Shown here: positions 24,257 to 39,009 of the stretch, piece by piece | Layout: each line of letters starts with the position of its first letter | Position numbering within the stretch: the first letter of the stretch is position 1 | Source of the DNA: Raja brachyura | Lineage: Eukaryota | Assembly (NCBI GenBank): GCA_963514005.1 | Contig: OY740809.1 | Coordinates: 22,072,001-22,136,000, forward strand | Length of the DNA: 64,000 nucleotides | Direction of reading: 5' to 3' | Notes under the pieces: model-generated | Seen by the model: only the letters and a program-made list of their open reading frames with translations | Databases searched by the model: none | What the model was told of the DNA's origin: nothing | Program-made: the position numbers and the translations under genes

Positions 24257-24969
24257 ACAATGAAATTCTTATTTGCCGCAGTACATGGTACTCTGTAAAC
24301 ACCATAATAGACAATAAAAACGTTCAGGATATTAAAAAAAAGAAGTATTAACAATGCAAAGATAAAAATAATGCCCCCAAGTCTATGGAGTTCACAGTTT
24401 AGTTGGAGGCGTAGTGTTTAACACGCTGGTGATTGTTGGGAAGAAGCTGCTCCAGAACCTGGACATTACAATTTTCAGACTTCTCCATCTTCTTCTCGAT
24501 AGCAGGTGTGAAATGAGAGCGTGGCCAGGGTGGTGTGGGTTTCTGATGATGCTGGCTGCAAGTCAAATTGTGATCTCCACCTTGGAATGAAATGTTTCAT
24601 TTTTAAAAATTTGTAAACACGAACAGAGCAATTGAGTGGGGCCGGCCATCCATAGAAGGATTAGCCTTGGGGTAATTGATTTGAATAGAAAGACCTGGCG
24701 TGGGCAGGACTGCTGGGCAGAGGCTGTTTGCCAGGGAACTAACTAAACACAGACAAATCTGCAAATATACTTTTTCTACGTGAATGCTTCTTATATTAAT
24801 TCATTTTAAATGGTCAAGACATCACGAGAAATAGAAATGGAATTTTAGAAAGATGTTACAAAAAACAGAAATAATTATAATTTAAAAAAAAAATCATGAT
24901 AATGGTTAATTATTTCAAATATCATTAAAACTCCAAAAACAAAAGAACTTTGAAGTGGCATTGAGCAAT

Positions 24970-25795
24970 CATATAGTCACAGAGCACAGAAATCAGGTAT
25001 TTTGCCCATCATATTAAGTATCCTCCTGTCCCATCTGCCAGCACTTGGTCCATTGACTACTTAAATGTTGTGAGATTGTCTTCCTGCAACACCTTCTCAG
25101 GGAGTGCACACTGACTTCAATTACCGTCTGAATAATTTTATTTCTTGAAGCAATTAATCTTCAGATCTCCACTAAACCTTCTATTCCTCACCTTAAACCT
25201 ATGGTCTTTGGTATTAGACACCTCTACTTGGGATAAGGTTTCTGTACTATTTACCCAATCTATGCTTCTTATAATTTTGGGCAGACATGTCTTAGGTTTC
25301 CCATGGGACTCCTTCTACCCAAGGAAAACCCAAGCAGCCCATCCAGTCTCTCCTCATAACTTAAACCTTCAATCCCAGGCAACATCCTTGTGAATCTCCA
25401 TTTCCACTCTCTCTTCTGCAATCATGTCCTTCCTACATTGTGATGACCAGCCCATTTTTGGCTGTGGTTTAGCCAAGACCTCGCTGCACTTATATTCCAT
25501 GGCCAGGCTAATAAATGCAAGCTTCCTGGGTGCTTTCTTTACTGTCCTGTCTACCTATGCTGCCACCTTCAGGGATCTTTGGACTTGTACAACATTTCTT
25601 TGTTCCTCATTCTCCCGTCGGTGACCCCCTGCACAGTATGTGTCGCATCTAATTCGATCCCTAAAATACATCACCTCACACTCATCAGGATCATATTCCA
25701 TCTGCCATTTCTCAGCCCAAATTACCATCTGCCGAAATTACCAGACCAATTACTCCCCACTTTCAACAATGCCACTAATTTCTGTGTCATCTGCA
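24970..25795 (-). mobile_element. Degraded CR1-clade LINE fragment
   Basis: Similar to 17108-17817 (aatcccaggcaacatccttgtgaatctc, gccaccttcaggga). Confidence 0.6.
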
Positions 25796-26719
25796 GCTTT
25801 ACACTATTTTCTTTGTTTTTGTTAAATTTTGAACGTTTTAAAAAATGGGAGCCATTATAATCACTTTGGCTATTACCGAGAAGCCACTGAGTTGATTATG
25901 GCCATGTCAACTAATGTGAGATAGTGAAGATTTACTCCCTTGAAAAGCTTTGATGTGTGAGAAATTATAACTATTCATCTGAATACAGGAACAAAACTTG
26001 TGTCCTCAGCCTTAAAGGCACTCCACAACCTGAATTGTCCATGTCTTTTTTCGATCAGTGACAGCTGTGAATGGCAAACAAATGATGTGTAATACTTTAG
26101 AGTAGCACCACACATAAAGAGAGACCATGAAGGCTATAGCTGATTTTGTGAAATCTGGGGGAGATCACTGGAGCAATTTTATGGAATTCAGAGAAAATGA
26201 CAAGGGGAGACCATGCCACTTTTTCCTCAAACATTTATAAACAGGAGCTGTGTGTTTCTCCAGGAAATACATGGAGGGGCTAGAAAGCTGGGGACACAAC
26301 CAGATGAGTTGAATTTCCTTACAAGAATTGGCAAACCCAAGCAACTTTGAGAAGAAGGAAATTGGTCCATTGGTGAAAGGAGTAAAATCCACTCTGGTGC
26401 TGATGTAACATTGATGGGCAATGGATTTATCGGTTACTATATGTTGATTCAGTCCCCTTGATAACACACAACATTTCTCTTTCAACACGAGCAGTTTTTA
26501 TATTGTCACCAAGGTCTTTTTAAAAAATGGAGGACATGGATAGGCAATGTTTCATGTCGGTACCCTTCTTCAGACAGTCACCTGTCCATTTTCTCCAGAG
26601 ATGCTGCCTGACCCACTGAGTTACTCGAGTACTTTGTATTTTTTTGCTAAAGATTACAGGATCTGCAGCTCCTTGTGTCTACTAAAGCATGCCTATTTTC
26701 TATCATCTATTCAAAAGAT

Positions 26720-27065
26720 GTCGATATTACTGGCAAAGTCAACATCCATTGTCCATTCCAAATTTTCCCCTTGAACTGAATAGCTTGGATGACTCTTGGA
26801 GTTAATTCAATTTGCGGTCTAGCCTCGATGATGGGCCTGGAGTCATATGTAGACCAGACCGGATGAGGTTGGCAGGCTTTCTTCCCTGAGGAAATTAGTA
26901 GATCAGATGCTTTTTATGATGATCCTGTCCTTTCAAGGTCACCATTATTAATACAAGAGTTTCATACTAAATGTATTTAATTACTCAAATCTGAATTCCC
27001 CAGCTGTTGTGGTATGATTTTGAATTCATGTCTCGGAATCATTAATCCAGGCTTCTGGATCATAG
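26720..27065. mobile_element. Ancient interspersed repeat (probably an old SINE); related copies at ~3540-3790 plus 4990-5040, and ~48160-48450
   Basis: Shared motifs cccttgaactgaat, ctggagtcatatgtagaccagacc and atttaatta...aattccc.gctg in several places. Family not determined. Confidence 0.45.
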
Positions 27066-27240
27066 TTCTGTAAGTTAACACTGTAGAGATAAGTATGTAT
27101 ATATAAGTATGTATTATATAGGTACTCGTTTAAAATAGCCAAATAATTATTAAAGAGCTCATCTTACAATTGCAGAATTTGTTCAGTCGATATACTGTCG
27201 GCAACCAACACTCACTGTCCCCATTTCCTTCCTTTTTCAG

Positions 27241-27532
27241 GCAGATCTGTAAAGAATTTACAGATTTATTAGCTCAGGACCGGTCTCCACTAGGAAACAG
27301 CCGCCCGTCAGCCATCCTTGAAGCGGGAGTCCAGAGCTGCCTGACTCACTTCAGCCTGATTACACACGGCTTCGGGAGTCCCGCCATCATTGCTGCATTA
27401 ACTGCCTTCCAGAATTACCTGGTGGAGGCTATAAAGGGGCTGGATAAGATGTTCCTGAGCTCATCCAACAGCCATCCCTCGGGGGAATCCGGGACTAAAA
27501 GCACAGACAAAGAGGCCAAACATCGGAAATAA
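27241..27532 (+). CDS. TFAP2E: Transcription factor AP-2 epsilon, last coding exon
   Basis: Polypyrimidine tract plus ag ends at 27240. Translates [60 protein letters not shown]...KEAKHRK*, stop TAA 27530-27532. The epsilon assignment is supported by the C-terminus and PSMB2 adjacency. Confidence 0.95.
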
Positions 27533-28377
27533 CCGGGGACAGATGGCACGGACCAAACTGTTCTAATTATCAAAGAGATTAAACAGTCATTCAACGTGCA
27601 ATTAATAACAAAGGACAAATAAAATAATCATCAGGAGGATTGTGTTGAGGTGGCTGCGCAGTGGCAACTTTCTAATTGAGGCGAGAAAGGAGGAAAGAGT
27701 TAGCCTGGTTTTATCGGGACCAAAAACGGCCTGAATCCAGGCTTGTCTCAAGCAATGGGCACGCACATTGAATTATCTTGGGACAAGAATTTGGGAACAT
27801 TAATATGGTGAGACATTAATAAAGCACAAGTTTGAAGCAACAGCCTCGGCAGAGCAAGCAAATAGTGTTCCACATGTATATATTTATTTATGTGTAATTA
27901 AATGGGAACTTTAAATAGACCCGTGCAAGCTATTTATCTGCTGACCTGGTTTTTCTGCTGTGAGTGATAGGAGATGAAGACTTTGCTTTTAGATTTTTTT
28001 TTTAACTTGAGGTTTCAGGGACAGGATAAGGGCAGATTGGCAGTATCTGTGTAAAGGTCATTGTATGTTCTTGTGGAAGTGATGCACAGAGGAATATTTG
28101 TGAATGTGTTCCTGAACCATATTTTGAAACGGTGGTGTGTGAGGTACGAGGTTATAAATCTCTTAATTTGTTTGTCTAGAGTGTTTCATAAATTGTTGAA
28201 TAAATTGTGCTGCTATACAGAACAATTCTATTATATGTTTCTTTCATGTAATGAAAATTTGGTTATCAGGACTTTGTAAGATTTTGTAACCTATTCTCTC
28301 CTACCCCAAACTCTCTGCAAAAAGATTTAAATTGAACCCATTTTTGTGTTTTAAATTTCCTCGCAATCTGTCTTGTT

Positions 28378-28383
28378 AATAAA
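28378..28383 (+). promoter_or_regulatory. Candidate TFAP2E polyadenylation signal
   Basis: AATAAA at the end of an AT/GT-rich, repeat-free stretch after the stop codon. Other AATAAA hexamers occur at 27618, 27818 and 28199, so the site used is uncertain. Confidence 0.35.
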
Positions 28384-28802
28384 GGAAAATAATTTAAACA
28401 GCGCTAAAATTAAAACGCTCACTTTGATTGAATAACACTGTTTTTTGGCAAAGACATGATTCAGATTTTCCATCAGCTGATGGGACTTCATGCATCCATT
28501 TTTTAAGCGTCTGTTATTGTCACAAACGGTGACACTTTAGTGACAGCAGTTACTAACAGTGACAATATAAATTAAGCACAGCACAATCGTGCAGAAAATC
28601 TTTATTGTCAGTGGATGGGACTTTCTGTCATTCTGCTATTATTAGCAGTTAGTATTTTGAGGTTCTTCCAAAGTGTTTTCTGCAGTTGATTATCGCTATC
28701 GCATGTACATTCATTTAGACAGAAGTAAACACAATCTTTAATTGTTGCAGTCATCTGCCTTGGGTTGAACTATGAGCATGGTACAAACAATCTTGCAAGA
28801 TG

Positions 28803-29105
28803 GAGAGTCACACAGCATGGAAACAGGCCCTTCAGCCCAACTTGTTCATGCGTACCCCAATGCCCCATTAGCACTAGTCCCACCTGCTCGCAATTGGCCC
28901 ATATCCCTCTAAATCTTTCCCATCCATGTTCTGTACCTGTCCATATGTCTTCTGAATGTTGTTATTGTATCTGCTTCAACTACCTCCTCTGGCAGCTCAT
29001 TCCATATACCCACCAACCTCTGAGTGAAAAAAGTTGCCCATCCGGTTCCTATTAAATCTTTCCCCTCTCATCTTAAAGCTATGTCCTCTGGTTCTTAATT
29101 CACCT
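28803..29105 (-). mobile_element. CR1/HER1-like LINE 3' end
   Basis: Reverse complement resembles 9470-9690 plus the tail at 11455-11515. Confidence 0.7.
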
Positions 29106-31634
29106 ACTTACCTTAAGATGCAAATAGTGCCTTAAGATAATAGCAATACAAAAAACTTTAAGGTTGGAGTTTCCCTTTACTGCTTGTATACACACACTAT
29201 GGGGCCATATGAGGTAACATGGTTCTCTAGCTTTTATCTGATTTGGCAGAAATTAAAGAACAATGTTGTTGATGGCAAATATGATGGGTCAAATTCATTT
29301 GCCAAACTAAAACACTGGGCTATAAAACACTGGGCTCTCAGACGTACCATGAGACCTTCCATTTGTAAAAGCCCTCTTACATTGTTTTATGTGCAGTCTC
29401 TTCAAGCTACATGGTATTTTCTATTTAAGATGCTGATTAGGTTGATATGTTGATAATGAATGTATTATTTTTGGAAAACTGCTGTTGCTTTGGTGTGGGA
29501 GAGTATGTATACCAAAGCTGATCATCCAAGTCCATTGGCAGGATAAGTAAGCCAATCTCAGAATCCTCTCCCAGACCAAGAACCCAGCATTGAGGGTCTA
29601 GTTACATTCATTTGGGTCATGTGGGAAAGCCACAGTGTTTGCACGTTAAACACCAGATGACACATTGTGATGGACTCATAAATTGTGGGGAAAAAGTACT
29701 AATCCTTGGCCCTCAAAATGGAGAAGGAGCATTGTGAAAGGCATGGAGCAGTTCAAGCCTTTTCTTTTGGAGCAAGCAGAAGTCCACCGTGAGTGAGGGG
29801 ATGCCTCTCACACTGGACGCTTATCAAGTCCTTCCCGCCCCTATGCGCAGCATAATTTGCAGATACCACACGCGGCTCATCAGTTACATGAAGATCTACA
29901 AGCTGAATGCTGAAAATCGTTTCCAATGATGGGGGACAATCGAAGAAGAAGAATGTGTACAATTTATACTTGCTTATATACTGTGGAGTTGGCTGAGCTA
30001 GGTTATATGGCTAACATTCTGTATTTACCTAGTTAGGAGGATATGAAGAAAGATTACTCAGCTTTCTGCTCACGTTAAAAAGGTTAAAGGATTTTTTAAA
30101 TATCTGGAATCACCTAAATTCAGCCTGAATGGCTTAAAACTGGTATATGTAACAGTCTATCACACAAGACAACCTTCCCCCTTCCCCAGCCCCCAATTGA
30201 TACCATTTATATCTCATGCTGCCTCAGTAAAGCAGTCAACGTATTCATCGGTCATTCACACCCTAGTCATTCTCTCTTCCCCCTTCTCCCATTAGGCAGA
30301 AGATACAAAACCTTGAAAGCATGCACCACCAGATTCAAGCTGTTGGCGTACCTGCATATAGGGCAGTGCTCACTCATATGAGGAAGCTAGAACGGAGGAA
30401 ACAAAGAAGATAAAAGAATCCTGAAAATCAAAAAGGTTCTGACGCTGCAGCATCCTTGCACCTATGTCACTTGTGTCAAGTCCAGATTGGTCTAATCAGC
30501 CACTTCTGTACATATTTCCCAGAATAACACAAAAAGGTCATATTGGACAGAGAAGAGCAGGGAAGAATGCAAATTTATGATAAGAACAGAAAATGCTGAC
30601 CATATACAGTAGGGTTATCAGAAGTGGAAAAACAATAAGAGATTAAGATTTGATGATTTAATCAGAGTTAGGAACATAATGTCTCTTGAAAAATAACAAT
30701 TTAGCTTGGATGTTTCACAATGACCTATTATTGTACGATAACTTCTTGTATCAGATTGCTTTTTCTGCTATGCAACAGTGTTTTTACCTCATTTATTCTG
30801 AACAGATTAACATCTTGGTCATAATAACCGAGAGAGGAATTTGGTGCATTCAAGAGCAGAATTTCTATGACATTATTGCCTGACTTATCTCCCCTCAGGC
30901 TCGTTTGAGCTAATGCTTTTCAGGGGACATTTCATTCAATCCTAAATGAACACGGATGGTAGTGAATGAGTTAAACTTAAACTGCAGTTTTTAAAAAACG
31001 GTTGTGAAAAAACAATCGCAAGCATTGCGCAATGCTTCAAGGAGGTCAACTTCTGAATAGTTTTGAACTGTCGCTAAGATAAAACTAAATCTTCCTCAGT
31101 GGGTTAATTCACAGAGACAGACTTGGAGTCTCACAAAGAAAACATATTTAACAAACATTATGATATGGGAGGGAGCACACTGAGAGACATGTCAACATTG
31201 AAGTAAATAAAGTCACATTACATGAATCCAGCAACTCAAGCAGAAGCCGCATGGACACTTTCAGGAAACGCCCTGAGTAATAATTTGCTTCCAAATCCCA
31301 GGTTTTCGCCCCTTGTAAAATCAGACAGCTTTCAATGATGTCCTGTGTTAGTGTAGGGAACGATAATCCCACACGCTAATATCATTCACATTTCAAGTGC
31401 GCAGTCTTACACTAGAAATTGCAAGCTGAGTTGGAAAATAGGAAACTTAGAAACGTATCCTTACAAATGTTTTAGAAAATAAATATCTTAAAAGTATAAT
31501 TTCTGCTAGAATCATTCTGCCTTATTCCTTGCAATCAGTAGTTTTGAAGAAGAAACTGCATGAGAAAATAAAGGAATCAAATAAGTGAATAATAAAATAA
31601 AAGGATCATGAGAAAGACGGTCATCCACAGTGGT

Positions 31635-31803
31635 CTAGTTTAGTTTAGTTTAGTTTAGAGATACAGCATGGAGACAGGCACATCAGTCCATCGAGACCGC
31701 ACTGACCAGCGATCCCTGTACACTAACACTATCCTACACACACTAGGAACAATTTACAATTTTACCAAGCCAATTAACCTACAAACCTGTACATCTTTGG
31801 AGT
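31635..31803 (-). mobile_element. 3' half of HE1-like SINE
   Basis: (TTTAG)n tail and family body. Confidence 0.7.
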
Positions 31804-32917
31804 GGTTGTGATAGACATTTCAACCCATTGACCTTCATTAACGGCACACATTCCACATATACTGTATATTCTGTGGTATCAAATGTTCTTTGCAACTATT
31901 CTGATTATAAATATCTGGTATGTTATTTCTCTGGATGTCAGTATTATTTACCAGCCACTTGGTCCTTCTAAATGCCTTTAAAATGCATATATAATCAGAC
32001 CAGTGTGATAGTTCTCCTTTCCTTCAAAACTTTTATTGCAGAACCAGAAATACAGTAAAACAATCCTGCTCTCAATATGCTTTGGAGCATATGTTCCCAC
32101 CCACATTACTGGGCAAATTCCCTATGGATCCAAAAAATATTTTGCAAGGTTCCTGCATTACATAAGAAAAATTGACTTTTCCATTTGCTTTTATTAAAAT
32201 ATTTGAGAGCTTTTCCTTTCCTCCTCCCAATTCCCCAATATGTTAACTTCCCATAAGTGCACCTTTCTTGGCTGCTAAACTGCTAAAACGCCTTTGCACA
32301 GTCTGCTAACACCACACTTTGGTTGTTTAAGACATTCTCAGTTTCTTTTGTTTCTCCCCCCATGCTCTCACAGCTGCTTTGGTTAACCGAGCCAAGACTG
32401 GTATCGTGCGGAGACGGCGAATGATATTCAAGACTAGTACTGTGCATTGGGATCTCGCTGAGAATCTAAAACCGTAGCACTATAATTACATCATATTTTG
32501 AGACATTTTGACTATTCTCTTAAGCTGGTAGCTGTAGCCTGAATTTATGCTTTAACAATTAGCCTGAAGGTGCACAATTCATATGTGTTCACATTGGGCA
32601 CAATTGGCAGGGGGTGCTTCAAATTAAGGTGACTTCAGACATCTGAATGCAGGTGTCACTGTTTAGCTCTGTCACCAAGAAGCACGAGGGCAACACATGC
32701 AGTGGAATGCCACCACCTGCACGTTCCTGTCATGTTGAGCACCATCCTGACTTGGTAATAAAGTAATAGGCCATCGTTGTCTCTGATTCTGGAACTTGGA
32801 ACCTATTAGAATCTGCCCAACAGCACTGTGGAAACACCTTCACCAGAAAGTTTTCAGTGATTAAAGGGAGCAGTTCACCACCACCTTCTCAACGACAATC
32901 AGGGATAAGTAATAAAT

Positions 32918-33046
32918 GTGTATGAAGGAACTGCAGATGCTGGTCCAAACCAAGGATAGACACAGAATGCTGGAGCAACTCAGAGGGACAGGCAGCATCT
33001 CTGGAGAGAAGGAATGGGTGACGTTTCAGGTCGAGACCCTTCTTCA
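32918..33046 (-). mobile_element. Penelope-like hammerhead-bearing repeat copy
   Basis: Family consensus. TSD GATAAGTAA(T/C)AAAT at 32904-32917 and 33047-33060. Confidence 0.72.
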
Positions 33047-33549
33047 GATAAGTAACAAATACTTAATAAAAACCAGAATCTGGACAATGGTTTAGGAGAT
33101 GAAGATCAAAGATTTGTTTGGTCAAAATGGCAAAATGGTAAGACACAAAAAAAACCCGTTGGAGGAACTCAGTGTGTCAGGCAATATCTGCGGAGGAAAA
33201 TAGACGGTCAATGTTTTGGGTTGTGACCATTGAAGACCCTTGATCACTGACTCGCTAAGCTCCTCCTGCGGTTTGACTTTTGCCCAATATTACACCATTT
33301 GCAGTCACTTGCGTTTCCCATAAGACAGCAAACACTCGACTATAGGTGGAATAACTACTTTTAGCCAGCAATGAGTCATGATTAATCTGGTTAGGGCGTT
33401 ACCTGTAGAATTAAGCAATAACCTAAAGAGAAAAGCAAAAGACTGCAAATGCCTGCACTCTGAGGCACTCCCTTCATTAATTTGGACTGACCTCCTGAGT
33501 ATTCGGAACATTATCTGTGCTATTTTAGCTCAGATGATAAATCTGAAAC

Positions 33550-34270
33550 CAAGGGACTTGGGAGTTTTCGTGCAGGATTTCCAAAAGGTTAATTTGCAGG
33601 ATGAATCGGTAGTAAGGAAGGCAATTGCAATGTTGGCATTCATTTCATGAGAACTAGAATATAAAAGCAGGGATGTAATGCTGAGGCCTTATAAGGCACT
33701 GATCAGACCGCATTTGAAGTATTGTGAGCTAATATGACTCCATATCAGAAGTGGGATATTCTGGTGTTGAAAAGGACCCAGAGGAGGTTTACAAGAATGA
33801 TATTGGGATGATTGGGTAAACGTACGATGGGCGTTTGGCAACTCTGGGCCTGTATTTGCTGGAGTTGAGAAAGATGAGAAGAGATCTCATTGAAAGTCAC
33901 CGAATAGTGAAAGGCCTGAATAGAGTGGATACAGAGAGGATGTTTCCACCAGTGGGAGAGTCTAGGACCAGAGGCCACAATCTCAGAATAAAAAGACGTA
34001 CCTATAGAAAGGCAATGAGGAAGAATTTCTTTAATCAGAGGGTAGTGAATATGTGGAATTCATTACCACAGATGGCTGTGGATGCCAAGTCATTGGGTGT
34101 ATTTAAAGCAGAGATTGACAGGTTCTTGATTAGTAAAGCTGTCAAAGGTTATAGGGAGAAGGCAGGAAAATGGGATTAAGAGGGAAAGATAGATCGGCAA
34201 TGATTGATTAGCAGAGTAGTCTCAATAGGCCGAATGGCCTAATTCTGCTCCGATTACTTATGAACTTATT
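33550..34270 (+). mobile_element. CR1-clade LINE 3' fragment
   Basis: ORF 33835-34179 (RRDLIE, SRTRGHNLRI, FFNQRVVNMWNSLP). Related fragments at ~38575-38815 and ~39680-40000. Confidence 0.85.
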
Positions 34271-34865
34271 ACCCATTAAATGGCCGAGACTTAATAAATA
34301 CAAAGCTCGCAGAAGATGCATCTGAAGTCTAGTGTTGATGTTGATATCCAGGGACAAATACTTACTGCCCATTTTATTCCCAATTACATGGGGCTTTATG
34401 AAAATTAACAATTAACAAAAATATCTTTGAAAGTATAATAATGAGTAATCACGCCTCAGTTCATATTCAGTAATGTCTGTCTGAAGAGGTCAAAGACTTT
34501 CTTTGGTTTGCACTTTTAATTCTGTTTATCTTTCAACAGATGCTGCCTAACTCGCTAAGTGTTTCCAAAGTTCTTCATTTTTTATTTTAGATTTCTAGCA
34601 TCGTTTTTTTTTTAATTTTCAAGCTCGTCTAACTCTATTTTGACATCACTAAATCAATGGAAGCCCTTATTGAATGCCGTGCTGGCCGATTCCATGTTAT
34701 TTTTTAATATGTAATGATTTCAGAATTATTATCATGTAAAATAACGCAGATAATGCTCAGAATGCTCAGCAAGCCAATTTCATGCCAGATTCACCTTCAT
34801 CCCAAACAAGCACAAGACCTTTGTAAAGAATGATGTGAAGAAAGACGCCATGTTATTGATGAAGC

Positions 34866-35178
34866 TTTAGTTTAGTTTAATTTAGTTTGGTTCAGTGATA
34901 TAGTGTGGAAACAGGCCCTTTGGCTCACCGGGTCCACGCTGACCAGTGATCACTGTACACAAGTTCCATTCGAGCCACGAGGGACAATTTACAGAAGCCA
35001 ACTAACCTACAAACCAGTACATCTTTGAAATGTGGGAGGAAACCGAATGCTCGGAGAAAACTCACGCATTTTAGGGAGAATGTACAAAATCTGTACAGAC
35101 AGCACCCATAGCCAGGATCGAACCAGAGTCTCTGGCGCTGTAAGGCGGCAATTCTACCGCAGCGTCACCGAGCCGCCT
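34866..35178 (-). mobile_element. tRNA-derived SINE (HE1/V-SINE-like)
   Basis: Full head-to-tail copy on -, with a (TTTAG)n-like tail on +. Confidence 0.78.
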
Positions 35179-35652
35179 ACAACCCGGATCCATTTGGGAA
35201 TTGGTGCTTTTTCAATTAAAGCACAGAAGAGTAAAAAGGATCAAAGTCTTTGGATGCCTTATTTAAATAAATGGCTGATGTGTTGGCTGGGTGGACTAAA
35301 ATCGAAATATTTAAGTTAAAAGCAAATATAGCAGTCAGAAGAAATGCTTTTTGTAGGCAGAAATTGGATTATATGCTGGGAACAGAATCTATAATACTCT
35401 AAAACAAATAGATAAATGTATTAAAAAGTTTTTAAACAATACGGCGAGAGAGCAGGTGAGTAGAAATCTTCTTCAGTAGGTGAACATAGATGTAATGGGC
35501 CAAATGTCCTCCTTTAGTTGTATATCATTCTCTTACTATTATCCCACATTCCACGTCAGTGGCAGTTTGAGAATACCATAAGCTACGTTGAAAATGTTAT
35601 GGATCACTTAAATCAATTTTCAGAAGATATGGTGTTGGCAGGTTGGAGTGTA

Positions 35653-36208
35653 TGTGGAGGTCTTCCTTGGCCTGCCAGTTCCTTTGTGATTAGTAAGCTC
35701 ATGAGTGCTCTCTTTCTTCTTAATGATGTTCCAAACAGTTGATTATGGTAAGCCTAAAGTTTGGCTGATGTCTCGAACTGTTTTATTCTTGTTTCTCAGT
35801 CTCATAATGCCTTATTTGACTTTCACTGGCATAACTTTGTTCCTCATGTTGATAAACAGCAATAAAAGTTTCCAAAGGTGATGGAAAGACTTGAAGAAAG
35901 ACCAGCTGCTGAGAGCTCTCTTATATCTGCATTAAGGAGGCAATTAAACACACCCGAGCAACTACAAACGCCTGTGAAGTCATGTGCCCCAAACATTATG
36001 GTGCCCTGAAATGGGGGGACTATGTATAAACACAGCTGTAATTTCTATATGGTGAAACCAAAATGTATAACAATACCCTTTAGTAAAATCTGACAATGTG
36101 CACTTTAACCACATGTAATTTTTTTTCTATTACAAATCTCAAATTGTGGAGTTCTGAGGCAATTAAATAAATGATGGGTCTTTGTCCCAAACATTATGGA
36201 AGGCACTA
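35653..36208 (-). mobile_element. Tc1-family transposon left end with decayed transposase N-terminus
   Basis: From ATG at 35847 on -: MRNKVMPVKVK*GIMRLRNKNKTVRDISQTLGLP*STVWNIIKK...GTGRPRKTST (HTH plus GRPR). The terminus carries direct repeats CCCAAACATTATGG (~35988 and ~36186) and ends next to TA. Confidence 0.85.
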
Positions 36209-39009
36209 TAATGCAGCATTTTGCTGCTCAATGTATAAATTCCAAATCTGAGTTCATATCTGTGCCAATAAGGATACAGAAATCTTTCCCCTTAGCCAGT
36301 TGAAACGGTTCCAATTGAAAGATGAAAAGTAATCGTGCTAAATGTTAAATAACAGGATGGCTCAGCAGGGGCCTTCTTTCCCTTGAGTCTGTGGAACCTC
36401 AGAGGCCACAAGCAAAGATACCAGAGCGGAGCAAGATAGACCACTCCTGCAAAATCCAATGGACTGACATGTAGTACGCAATGGAGCGTAACTTCCGCCA
36501 TTTCAGTAAACCCGACCTGACTTCAGTTTTGCCTCTCGCAGTGTAATCAGCATTGCGGGGGGACATTTTTAAATGTTTTAAATGCTTTTTAAAATGTTCT
36601 TTTTAAATACACCAGGAGTGACACAATTCATCCCAAACCCCTAAACCTTCAAAGAGGGCAAAGAAGTAAATACAGCTCAAATAAATCTGAGCTGCATCAA
36701 CATCAAGAATTCTTTAGCAGTGGACTGGGTCCATGTTTGACAGAGACTAAGATCACTGGTTAGCAGAAGGTTGATGCCAATTACTCGAGTGTTATATGTC
36801 CAGGATTGGCAGGGATACAAGTCCACCAGTAGAAGAGGGTGAAGTCTATGAATGACAGAGGTAGGATTGCATACATAACTTGACAGTAGGAAGTTCATTT
36901 TTCTATTTAATCACATGACGTGAGGTAGAATAGAAGTTTGTATTGTACAGTGGGATGGTTGTAAATTTGATGTCAGTTTTACTCTCCATAAGATTTTCTT
37001 TTCCTTTGATGTGTGATCTTTGAACATTCAAAATATTTCTCAAATAACTACAAAAGGACCTGGCTGGATGCTGGCTGGCTTTCCCATTCAGTGAAACATT
37101 CCCTGCACTTGATTCAAGGCATGAACGTAACCATGTAATTTCCACAAAGCTCAACCAGGTCCTAATTTAAAATCAAAGTTAAAGGTTCTCATGTAACGCA
37201 AGTGGCTGCCATACACTTCTTTAAACATTTGGAAAGATTTGCCCTCTACCTTACTAAATATACTGGGGTACTTGGCTTCACAATAATGAATTTGCATTAA
37301 ATAATCTGTCTACATCTGTCTAGAATCTTGTTACATTTCCTAATCATAAGAGGGTTGCAGCTTTTAATCTCTTACTGTTAAACTAACACACAAATAGCAG
37401 CTTTATGTCACCTTGGAACATATGGAGTCATTTTCAGCTCCAATGTGGCTTAAACATCAGATTCTCCAACAAGTCTGTGACAGGTTTGCACCAGATTTAA
37501 AATTGGCTTACTTTGAAAAATAATTAGATTGCCAGCGGAAAGCCATTTTGTGGTGTACAGCTGAAAAACAACACTCAAGATAGAATGTGACAAAGGTTTA
37601 ACAAAGTACACAAACAAAACTGTTGCCATTTCCAGTAATGCCAAGTTGAAGGCATGGGTTTAAGCAAGTCTCAAGCTTTGCAGACGACAAAATATTTATT
37701 TTCCACTCACACCCAACTTTGCAACACCAAGCAGGCAGAACCAAAGTTTTACCTTATGGTTAAACTGATTATTATAATTTATTATTATGGTATTTGTAAT
37801 ATTATTTTCTTATCAAGAATACAATGCTATTTCAGACTATGGACATTGAAATGATGCATCAGGTGTTTAAAAAGTCAACAGGAGAGAAATATGTTTAAGA
37901 TAAAAACATATGTCTAGCATCAAATTAATTACACCTTCACAGCCAACCATTGACATTGACAGCAATGAAACGGAGAACAGTCTTGATCACAGTCATGAAC
38001 AGTGCAAATGGTAGGCCATACAAAACTGCCTGTTTTATAATTATCTCTTAGGGTGTGGGGGGGAGGGGGGGGGGCATCTACCCTAGGGAGATCATGACAA
38101 CAGCTTCAGAATTTACAAAAATGTCAATTTTTGAGATGTTTTAGCACATCAAAGCGAGATCACAGATTAATTACAGGAATCTCCGTGCACCGGAGTACAT
38201 CTCCATTAGAAATTAAGGGATTTTAAATTTGGAGTGTTTCAGAAGACAAATGAACTATATGACGATTATTTAGGCAGAAACTACTGGCATTCAGCTGTTC
38301 AAGTAAAAGTGTGCCTTGGACTTGTGGGAACATTGAAAGGACCAGATGTAATGAATGACAGATGGTGTCACATCCATTTCTGCACTCTCGTGCTGTTGGG
38401 GTTTCCAATTCTATGCTCAGCCTGGTATGGCCAATACCTGGTGTTTTGAAGACCTGAACCTGAACAGGGTGATGAACATTGCAGTCCATTGCAGGCTTGC
38501 CACTTCCATCCATCCAGTCAATTTTCATGCGGTGTTGCTTCCGGAAGGCTGAAAGTATTGTCAAGGATACTTTAGTCAGACGGTGGTGAATCTGTGGAAT
38601 TCTATGCCACAGTAGGCTGTGGATGCCAAGTCAGTGTATATTTTTAAGGTAGAATAGATCGATTCTTGATTAGTACAGGTGTCAGGGGTTATGGGGTGAA
38701 AGCAGGAGAATGGGGTTATGAGGGAGAGATAGATCAGCCGTGGTTGAATGGCGGAGTAGACCTAATGGGACGAATGGTGTAATTCTACTCCTATCACTTA
38801 TGACCTTATGACCTAAGGATGTCGGCCACCTTGACCATTCCCCTTTCTCTCTTCTACCATCTGGGAAAAGATAAAGGAGCTTGAAAGCCTTGACATTCAG
38901 ACTTAAGAACAGCTTCTTCCCCACTGCTATCTGATTCCTGAACCAATCACCTCTTTCACACTCACCTGCTGGAGGTGCTGCCACAAACTCTTACTCTTAA
39001 CTCTACCTC

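Noticed and set aside
27170-27240. N-terminal extension of ORF 27170-27532
   Set aside because: Intronic read-through; homology starts only after the splice acceptor at 27240.
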